From the NCBI RefSeq assembly GCF_006345805.1, contig NC_042997.1, forward strand, positions 209,064,001 to 209,128,000: 64,000 nt of DNA, in the 5' to 3' direction. Every line of letters begins with the position of its first letter. Positions within the stretch are counted from its first letter, which is position 1. The DNA comes from Octopus sinensis (Eukaryota). Position numbers and translations under genes: made by a program. Under the pieces are notes generated by a model, which did not search any database, was not told where the DNA came from, and saw nothing but the letters and a program-made list of their open reading frames with translations. Positions 39,255 to 49,653 of this stretch are shown piece after piece.

Positions 39255-39735
39255 GCGGCGAGCTGGCAGAACCGTTAGCACGCTGGGCGAAATGCGTAGC
39301 CGTTACGTTCTGAGTTCAAATTCCGCCGAGGTCGACTTTGCCTTTTATCCTTTCGGGGTCGATAAATTAAGTACCAGTTACGCACTGGGGTCGATGTGAT
39401 CGACTTAATTCGTTTGTCCCCTCGGTACTTGTATCGCAGAGTGGTCCCGGTTTGCGCACACGCGCGTCCGCGCTAGCCAGACGTAGGCAGTCGATCCTAC
39501 GAGCTGACTGGCGCATGCACGATATATACTTGTATCGATATATATGTGTATACGATATATACTTGTATATATATGATACAAGTATATATCGTGCATGCGC
39601 CAGTCAGCTCGTAGGATCGACTGCCTACGTCTGGCTAGCGCGGACGCGCGTCTGCGTGTGTGCGCAAACCGGGACCACTCTGCTATACAAGTACCGTCCC
39701 CTCTATGTTTAGCCCCTTGTGGGCAATAAAGAAAT
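39255..39735 (+). mobile_element. SINE-C interrupted by the 39424 MITE
   Basis: Head, core and tail are contiguous once the MITE and one TSD are removed. Confidence 0.85.
39424..39695. mobile_element. MITE, 272 bp, ~113-bp TIRs, 8-bp TSD
   Basis: TSD GTCCCCTC at 39416-39423 and 39696-39703; termini GGTACTTGTAT..ATACAAGTACC; interrupts a SINE-C copy. Confidence 0.92.
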
Positions 39736-41129
39736 AGCTATAGAGCAAAACTGAATGCCTGGAGTCCTTTTAGAAGCGAGACAAGGAACTCGGTTGAACA
39801 TGGCTGCGACTACATTATATAAGTGACAATCGGACGTAGCAGAGAACGCTTGCTCGAGGGATCCGGTCTATTCAGCCACACAGACTGAACAGAGCTGTAA
39901 ACCAACCGTGTCGTTTGAGCCTACTCTGAGATGCAAAAGTGCACGTTTCAAACAACTGCTAATAAACATTCTACACTTTTAATGCAGGTAAGGGGAGGCC
40001 ATTTTCTTAGCTGATATAGTTTTTGTAAAGTAAAGAATATATTTTGTCTCAAAGTCAAAAATGTAATTTAAAAAACCTCACCACCACTACCCGCCCATAT
40101 TTTATGTTCACACACACGATGGGCTTTCGGTTTCCGTCTACCAAATCATCTCACAAGGTTTTGGTCAGCTCTGGGCTACCAAAAGAAATATTTGCCTAAA
40201 GCACCATGAAATAGGACTGAACCTGGAACCATTTGGTTGGTAAGCAAACTTCTCAGCACACACCCGCCTATACATTTAGATATTTCCTTTAGCCTATGGT
40301 AAGTAAAGTAGAATTAACAGTTTTGTGCACAGACAAGACAGAAACCGAGGGTGCATTCCGAATTTACAAATCAAAGTATGAAAGAAAAAACCATGGTCCA
40401 CGCAGCTTCTGTTACTTAAAAGGAAGGATCTTTGTGGGGACAGATATTCACCTGAGAACATTCGGGGCTTAAGTGAAATAATGAGATATCAAGCAGGAAC
40501 CGAACGCTTCCTGTATCTCAACGGTTATTAATTTAGTGACAGAACTAATTAGCAATTAAGACTATTGAAATACACACATCGATATCTGAAGTATTTGAGG
40601 ACAGGAAATGCAGGTGATGGAAAACAATGGGAGAGAAAGACAAAGATTTTAAAGATTCACCGAAATTATTTCTTGTTCATACAATTGGGAATGTAGTGTT
40701 GAATATTGTGGAAGGTTTCGGTGAAGAAAGTAAAACAAATGTAGCGAAGGTTTTAAAATGTTGTCCACTAAAATTGTTATCACCGAGAAATCGTTGCTAA
40801 GAGTTTTGATTGCATTTTTGGGGGGGTTTTTTCGCCAGATTAGAAACATCTGGTTTTAAACTTAGTATAAAAAGAAAATCGATTCCAGTACTTGTCTGGT
40901 ACTTTATTTTAGATCAACGCCTGAAGGATGGAAAGTGAAGATGGACAAAGATGATCAAACAGTTGTAGATTAAGAAAAATGAAATGTTAAAATTCCTGTA
41001 AATATCTTCAGTGGAATTCTTTTCCAAACAATGAGGTGAGGTGTATGGAGAGAAGAACCCAAAATATCATACAAACTTTAAAAATAAAAGAATTCTGCCA
41101 AGTCCGAATTTGAAATTTATAGAAAATAA

Positions 41130-41516
41130 TCAAACGTCTTTTGGTTTGGAATCAAATTTCTTTGGTTCATCCTTACAAATATCATTGGCATCATGAACTG
41201 GCAACGGCAAGATAAATCGAAGCGACAATTTCCTGAGACGTGTTAGGCTGACATAACGAATGATCTTCTTCTCACAAGATTTCGGTTCAAATAACTTCAA
41301 CTTAAATTCTTCGATTGAAATTAAGCAAGAAATTTTTTGAATAAAAGAAGACACTTTTGAGTTTTGGAATTTCCGTCCATAGCGACGAACTATTCTGCTG
41401 GGACGATAACGCTTTGCTTTTACTACTCCTTTCGGTCTTGTTCGTCTTTTTAATTTAGCAGCACTGTTCAAAGATTTTCCTGTAGAATCTATTGGTTGCT
41501 GCTTCCGGCTGACCAT
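41130..41516 (-). CDS. Highly divergent histone H3-like ORF (128 aa, intronless, very basic); gene or frame-preserved pseudogene
   Basis: gaaATGG start. K4, Q5, S10, T11 and G12 sit at the exact H3 positions; GVVKAKRYRPSRIVRRYGRKFQNS versus H3 [24 protein letters not shown]; IRY~LRF; C-x4-KK-x4-PKDV versus C110-x4-KR-x4-PKDI. An upstream in-frame ATG at 41588 would add 24 aa. Confidence 0.6.
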   Translation of the reverse strand: MVSRKQQPIDSTGKSLNSAAKLKRRTRPKGVVKAKRYRPSRIVRRYGRKFQNSKVSSFIQKISCLISIEEFKLKLFEPKSCEKKIIRYVSLTRLRKLSLRFILPLPVHDANDICKDEPKKFDSKPKDV

Positions 41517-43677
41517 TTCTCTAAACTGACCACAAACCTTAACAGGATAACCTTGATAAATTTCGTATTTTTTTTTTTTATCAATCATTGAAAATCATTT
41601 AAATAATAAATCGTTGACATTTGAAGTTAGTGTTGATAGGGAAAATCCATTTGATGCGGCAGGAATAAATAAAATTTATGCAACTAAAGTGTACCTGATA
41701 AAAGAAAGGTTACGGTTTCGAACAAAGCAAAAGTTCTTGTAAGTAATTCGACCGTTTATAAAATAGCCTGAAGGTGGCGCTGAACATCAGCTGAAACAGG
41801 GAAGCAGCGGACCAAGTACAATTCAGATTATATAAACTTATATTATTTAAAATTTATATATGTATATATATATTTAACATGTAGACTAGCGCAGATATGT
41901 AAAATGATTTATTATACACAAAAATAAGTTATTTTTCCATGTTGTTGGCTGTGAAACGATCGTAACTTTATGGATATCAACTGGTGAAATATATATATAT
42001 TGATCTCATACCTCCAGACTTTCTTTATATTCTGTGTGTGTGTGTAATGGTTAATTCGACAAAAATATTTTTAAATATATTTTTGTCGAACTAAGGTTGT
42101 GAATTATCAGAATTGTTACCATGCCGGACAAAATGCTTTGCAGCATTTGTTCCGACTTTACGTTCTGAGTTCAAATGCCTCCGCGATCGACTTTGCCTTC
42201 CATCCTTTGGGGTCGATAGAATAAATACCAGGTGAGCATGGACACCAGTGCTTGACTAGTCCTTATTCTATCGACCCCCACAACGATTCTGCCAGCTCAC
42301 CACTTTAATACTACTACTAATAATAATTATTTCTTTATTGACCTCAAAGGGTTTACATTAAGAAAACCATGGAAGACGGCAGAGGGCAAAACACTGAGTG
42401 TGTCAGTGTGTCAGTGTGAGGGTTTTGTGTGTAAACAGGTGTGACAAAAAATGTTGTAATAATATTTTAACAATGAGTATTTCTCAGCAGGGATGAGACG
42501 TTTGAGGGCTGCTCATGGGGAAAACCCCACAGAACCACGAATGCCCTGATTTCTAGGGCAGGTACCTTCTTTTCTCAGTTCCTTATCTTCGATTTACAGG
42601 TGTATGCTCAGGGGACAGGCTCATTCATTCACACCTTGCTCGCCATTCTCATCCACCTTTCTACAAAATGGCTAGAAGACAACACCTCCCTCTCCACCCT
42701 TATAATCTTCTTCAAGTGAAACTTGAAGGAATTTATGAAGGGTTGGCCAAAAAGGAAAGTGTTCGCCTTCAACTTCTTCAGTGTCACCCGCCATGACCAA
42801 CAGGCATAAAGAAACCGCTCGGCCTTCCGGGTTAAAAGAAGGCGGCGGGGCAGTCTTCATGATGGAATCAGTTGATAGCCGCATCCGTCACAAACACCCA
42901 TAGGTTCTCCGTTTTTATGGAGGACGGATGGATCTCCGTCGCTTTTAGCGATGAAAATTCAGTTTTTCGATCAGCTGAATTATCTTCTCTTTGAATTAAG
43001 TATTTCAGCGGTTGAGTATTCCGCAGACACGTTTACCATTAACGTAGTTCTCAGCAAGCATCAACGCAACAAAGTGTGTAACAAGACTGTAGCATTTGAA
43101 TTGCAGGTATGATGCACCCGACAGGCCTAAGGCGACGCGCAGTGGGATCACGTCATAGCTGCGAAGCGAACTACTTAAACCTTGGGCCATATTGAGTCTG
43201 GACACTTACAGAAAAGCTCACTTCTCGGTGTTTTAACTAAGATCAAAGGCTAGTTAGCAATTTGGAAAACTGTAATCACGATACGTACATCTATTTTCTT
43301 GAGTCACAATCCATCTCTCTCACTATGTATATACTTTTTTAATCCTTTACAAGTTTGTTATTAGATTGTGGCCATGCTGGGGCACCGCTTTGAAGAATTT
43401 TAGTCATCGGTGTCTCTTGCCGAAACGATAAGTTACGGGGACGCAAACACACCAACACCGGTTGCCAAGCACACACACACACATGTATATATACATATAG
43501 TAGGAATTTACAAAAAAAAAAAACGAAGACGGGTGTGTAAACAACAAGCAGGTGTAGTAGTTTAACGCTCGGGAAGTGAGAAAGTCTTTTACATTTCGAG
43601 TCTACGCTCTACGACAGAAAGAAACAGAAATAAACTGGGAAAGAAAAAAAGGTTTAGTGGCTAGCGACCAACCATGG

Positions 43678-43679
<2 letters not shown>

Positions 43680-43762
<83 letters not shown>

Positions 43763-43775
43763 GTATATATATATG

Positions 43776-43806
<31 letters not shown>

Positions 43807-43807
43807 G

Positions 43808-43838
<31 letters not shown>

Positions 43839-43857
43839 GTATATATATATGTATATA

Positions 43858-43908
<51 letters not shown>

Positions 43909-43921
43909 GTATATATATATA
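43680..43921. repeat. (TA)n microsatellite with TG interruptions
   Basis: Direct inspection. Confidence 0.97.
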
Positions 43922-45474
43922 CTAGCAGTATCGCCCGGCGTTGCTCGGGTTTGTAAGGGAAATAACTATATAAGCATTTTTAGAGAGTTATAGCCAAAAA
44001 ATAGCAAAAAAATGCATTAAAAATTGAAAAAAAATTAAGGTAAATTTTTTTTTAAATCGTTGACACATCGTAGATATTTTTAGAGAGTTACTTCCCTTAT
44101 ATAAAAGCGAAAAAATGCATTAAAATGGAAAAATATGATGGTAATTTTTTTTAAAATCGTAGACTCATCGTAGACGCACGCTAATACCCAGAAGGGCTCG
44201 ATATGAATCACGACTGTAAGATACCCGCTTTTGGTTAAACTGCACCGCAAAATGTGGGAGTAGTTAGGAATCTAAATCGTAGTAGACAGACACACAACTT
44301 CACTCTTATATAAAGATGCTTTTTTCAGTCATAGAGTTAGATTTATGAAGGTCTTCAGTAGAAAATCCTTCGAATTCTGACTCGCTGCTTGATATAATGA
44401 AATTCGTATCCATTTTTCGTCAGAATTACAAATTTTGAAAACACAATAGGAACAAATTTCAGAAAAAAATCTCCCATAATTCACGGAATTAAAATTACAC
44501 TTCGATTTTTGTACAAAACTGTAGTTGAAGTGTTTACGAAGTATAATACGTGTTTTCACGAATGTACTAAAGAGATTTGCTCTGATATTCTCATTTAAAT
44601 ATGAATAGGTAAATTCGGGCGGCTTGGTAACTATATATAAGTGTCGTCTGTTTATACATAAACACTGTTTCATACTGCAATTATATATACATATATCTAT
44701 ATATAATATTATATAATAAAATATATACAGAGTAAAATAAAAACCAATTTACCTTTTCTGTCCGTCCGTGTGTCTTTGCAAATGTGTTGGAATGATAAGT
44801 GAGTTGAGTTTTGGCGCCTTTTTTACTAATAACAAACACACACGTGTTTGTATGTAGTTGTATGTGTATGTAGTTGTATATGTATGTGTATGCGTGTGTG
44901 TGTGAGCAATGACACACACACACTCACGCACGGACACATGTACATCAATGCTTTCGGAGTGATATGTTAAAATATTAAGTTTTCTCGAATTTTGTCTTAA
45001 TTCGTGGTAAAATTGAAAGAAATTTTTTACGGCATCACCCACTGAAGTACTCTGAAAAATCTTAGGTAAATTCTAATTGAAGAAATTGTGTGAGGAGTAA
45101 ATGGTTATGTATTTATTTGTTTCTGTTTGCTGTGTATTTTTATTTTTTGAGTAGTGGTTTAAATACTTTCAGTTTAGTCTTCCTCAAATCACTCTGTCGC
45201 TATTTACTTTCATTTTATTCGTTGCACACTGTGTGTGTGCGTTTGCGTGTGGTGTAAACCAGACTAAGAAAAGCATTTGACACACACACAAGAATGTGAG
45301 TTTTCTGTAAATTTTGCTTAATTGGAGTTTAAATTTTAAAAACTGGACCTGGCATGACGCGATGCATTCTACTCTCAAAAATGCTAGGTAAATTGTAATT
45401 GAAGAAATCGTATATTGTAGATTTGTATAACTCCCAAAGGGAGGCAGATAAAATCTGCCTTTTATAATAAGAGA
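43922..45474 (-). mobile_element. Non-autonomous Helitron, long form
   Basis: Inserted between A and T; 5' TC; 3' CCCGAGCAACGCCGGG hairpin plus CTAG; no TSD. Confidence 0.8.
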
Positions 45475-45487
45475 TGTATATGTATAT

Positions 45488-45563
<76 letters not shown>

Positions 45564-45579
45564 GTATATATATATATGT

Positions 45580-45613
<34 letters not shown>

Positions 45614-45644
45614 GTATGTATATGTATGTATATATATATGTATG

Positions 45645-45676
<32 letters not shown>
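45475..45676. repeat. (TA)n/(TATG)n microsatellite separating the two Helitrons
   Basis: Direct inspection. Confidence 0.97.
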
Positions 45677-45677
<1 letters not shown>

Positions 45678-47178
45678 CTCTTATTATAAAAGGCAGATTT
45701 TATCTGCCTCCCTTTGGGAGTTATACAAATCTACAATATACGATTTCTTCAATTACAATTTACCTAGCATTTTTAAGAGTACAATGCATCGCGTCATGCC
45801 AGGTCCAGTTTTTAAAATTTAAACTCCAATTAAGCAAAATTTACAGAAAACTCACATTCTGGTGTGTGTGTCAAATGCTTTTCTTAATGTGGTTTACACC
45901 ACACGCAAACGCACACACACAATGTGCAACGAATAAAATGAAAGTAAATAGCGACAGAGTGATTTGAGGAACACTAAACTGAAAGTATTTAAACCACTAC
46001 TCAAAAAATAAAAAATTTCTTCAATTAGAATTTACCTAAGATTTTTCAGAGTACTTCAGTGGGTGATGCCATAAAAAATTTCTTTCAATTTTACCACGAA
46101 TTAAGACAAAATTCGAGAAAACTCAATATTTTAACATATCACTCCGAAAGCATTGATGTACATGTGTGCGTGCGTGAGTGTGTGTGTGTCATTGCTCACA
46201 CACACACGCATACACATACATATACAACTACATACACATACAACTACATACAAACACGTGTGTGTTTGTTATTAGTAAAAAAGGCGCCAAAACTCAACTC
46301 ACTTATCATTCCAACACATTTGCAAAGACACACGGACGGACAGAAAAGGTAAATTGGTTTTTATTTTACTCTGTATATATTTTATTATATAATATTATAT
46401 ATAGATATATGTATATATAATTGCAGTATGAAACAGTGTTTATGTATAAACAGACGACACTTATATATAGTTACCAAGCCGCCCGAATTTACCTATTCAT
46501 ATTTAAATGAGAATATCAGAGCAAATCTCTTTAGTACATTCGTGAAAACACGTATTATACTTCGTAAACACTTCAACTACAGTTTTGTACAAAAATCGAA
46601 GTGTAATTTTAATTCCGTGAATTATGGGAGATTTTTTTCCGAAATTTGTTCCTATTGTGTTTTCAAAATTTGTAATTCTGACAAAAAATGGATACCAATT
46701 TCATTATATCAAGCAGCGAGTCAGAATTCGAAGGATTTTCTATTGAAGACCTTCATAAATCTAACTCTATGACTGAAAAAAGCATCTTTATATAAGAGTG
46801 AAGTTGTGTGTCTGTCTACTACGATTTAGATTCCTAACTACTCCCACATTTTGCGGTGCAGTTTAACCAAAAGCGGGTATCTTATAGTCGTGATTCATAT
46901 CGAGCCCTTCTGGGTATTAGCGTGCGTCTACGATGAGTCTACGATTTTAAAAAAATTTACCATCATATTTTTCCATTTTAATGCATTTTTTTCGCTTTTA
47001 TATAAGGGAAGTAACTCTCTAAAAATATCTACGATGTGTCAACGATTTTAAAAAAAATTTACCTTAATTTCTTTTCAATTTTTAATGCATTTTTTTGCTA
47101 TTTTTTGGCTATAACTCTAAAAATGCTTATATAGTTATTTCCCTTACAAATCCGAGCAACGCCGGGCGAAACTGCTAG
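45677..47178 (+). mobile_element. Non-autonomous Helitron, long form (inverted partner of 43922-45474)
   Basis: A|TCTCTTATTATAAAAGG..GCAACGCCGGGCGAAACTGCTAG|T. Confidence 0.8.
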
Positions 47179-47310
<132 letters not shown>

Positions 47311-47744
47311 AATGACTTCTTTCAGTTTCTCTCTGCCAATCCACTCACAATGCTTTGGTGCCACGCATTGAGGCTGAACCCGGAACCATGTGGTTGGAAA
47401 GCAAACTTCTTACCGCACACACACACATATAACCTCTGCCGTTCCCAACCTACCAACATTTAAATGACTAACAACAACACCAACAAGATAAACGACTAAA
47501 ATAAAAACAATGACGTGAGATAATGTGGTAACCGAGTGCGTTTTAAAAGTTGAATGAAATCTCTTTGATCTTGCAAATTAACAAGAACAATATAAACACC
47601 GCCGCCGCCGCCACCGTCCGACACGAAGACCAGTGCAATTAACACCTCCCACTGCCACCAGATTTTGAGCAACTTACTAGCAACAATAATACTAGTACTA
47701 ATAGTACTTTGTAAGTACTTGGTATTTCGTTATACAACCATAAT

Positions 47745-48490
47745 GTTTTCTTTTCTAATCTAGGCACAAAACCCGAAATCTGGGTGGAGGGGTGGGCCAG
47801 TCGATTAGATCGACCTCAGTATGCAACTGGTACTTAATTTAGCGACCCCGAAAGGATAAAAGGCAAAGTCAACCTCGGCGGAATTTGAACTCAGAACCTA
47901 GCGGCAGACGAAACACCTATTTCTTTACTACCCACAGGGGGCTAAACACAGAAGAGATAAACAAGGACAGACAAAGGGATTAAATCGACCCCAGTGCGTA
48001 ACTGGTACTCATTTAATCGACCCCCGAAAGGATGACAGGCAAAGTTGACCTCGGCGGAATTTGAACTCAGAACCTAGCGGCAGACGAAACACCTATTTCT
48101 TTACTACCCACAGGGGGCTAAACACAGAAGAGATAAACAAGGACAGACAAAGGGATTAAATCGACCCCAGTGCGTAACTGGTACTCATTTAATCGACCCC
48201 CGAAAGGATGACAGGCAAAGTTGACCTCGGCGGAATTTGAACTCAGAACCTAGCGGCAGACGAAACACCTATTTCTTTACTACCCACAGGGGGCTAAACA
48301 TAGAGGAGACAGACAAAGGGATTAAATCGATTACATCAACCCCAGTGCGTAACTGGTACTCATTTAATCGACCCCCGAAAGGATGAAAGGCAAAGTCGAC
48401 CTCGGCAGAATTTGAACTCAGAACGTAGCGGCAGACGAAATACGGTTACGCATTTCGCCTGGCGTGCTAACCATTCTGCCAGCTCGCCGC
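47745..48490 (-). mobile_element. SINE-C expanded to four monomers (176-bp period)
   Basis: GAATTTGAACTCAGAAC at ~47881, 48057, 48233 and 48409. Confidence 0.88.
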
Positions 48491-48519
48491 TGTGCAGCCA
48501 TATTATAAAGTATAGTGTA

Positions 48520-48604
48520 AGCGAAGGTAAAGAATACGCACACCCGGTGTTTAGGGTTAGGGTTACGCCGAAAACGGGTGGTGTGCGTATTCTTTACCTC
48601 CGCC
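48520..48604. mobile_element. 85-bp MITE with 9-bp TSD and internal TTAGGG repeats
   Basis: TSD TATAGTGTA at 48511-48519 and 48605-48613; TIR (G/A)GCG(G/A)AGGTAAAGAATACGCACAC. Confidence 0.85.
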
Positions 48605-49110
48605 TATAGTGTATTGTAGTATATTATGCTTGCACAACGAAACCCCACTTACCTAGAAATCATTAATATTTACCTACCGGCTCCAGGGGTGCGTCTAACA
48701 TGCAAATTGGTATATCCAATAATTAAACACCCCGTATGAGGTGGCTATATAAGTAATGTGTCCAGGGGTAAGAATGGGTTAGATGGGTGCTGAAGAAGGA
48801 GAGAAAAAAACCCCCTGGAATATGGCCTATACACTCATTCCCCATTTTTGTCTTCGATCTCATTGTTTGTTTACCTCTGACATCTCGATACGAAACGTTG
48901 TAGAAGAAATGAGTGCTGGCAATAAGTTCTACAGAATATCCGTAGAGACAAACCTTAACCAAATAATAATAATAGAATCAATATGATGGATGCCTGTCCT
49001 TACAAATGTCAATAGAATGTGGGGAGGTGGAGTAGGGTCTGGCGGCGATTTTATGGCTCAGAGGTGCAAGACGTGAAGTGTCGATGTCTCTGGTAGGCCT
49101 TCAAATAAAT

Positions 49111-49528
49111 TGTAACGTGAAAGGATCTATCATCGAAGCACTGGCAGGGTGTCGAGATCCTTTCTAGTCACATACAAAAATTCTTGTAGAAAACAAACAG
49201 ACGAAACTCAGGTTAAAGGTGAACAGACAACTTGGTTTATTGATTCATGGTTGTACGTTGTCTGATGGGGAAATAGACAGCCTCTGATATACTGCTGGTG
49301 TTGGTCGTTGAGGTTGGTTGAAGTTGGTTGAAGTTGGTGTGTGGCTGTCAGAGCCAGGAAAACCGTGACCGATCGCAGTGCTGTCTTGAGCCGAAGAGAG
49401 AGATTTGAGGTTCGCGGGCTCGAGAGATGTTTTCCCGCACATGCGCATGGGGAAGACTTCCGGTGGCCACCCGGAAGTAGTCCCATTCTGCGCATGCGCG
49501 CCGAACCCTACACTGTAGCATCACTACA
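49111..49528 (-). repeat. 3' LTR
   Basis: Direct repeat of 53745-54162. Confidence 0.95.
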
Positions 49529-49540
49529 GGGCTCCCCTCC
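49529..49540 (-). promoter_or_regulatory. Polypurine tract
   Basis: GGAGGGGAGCCC immediately before the 3' LTR. Confidence 0.65.
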
Positions 49541-49653
49541 GAGTGCGAAGTACGGCAACCAGAATATTGTGGTGGTGCTGCAGAAAACAGAAGGCTTGCC
49601 GATCCCCCAGAAGACTTGGTACATACTATTATACAATAAGAAACATTTTAAAG

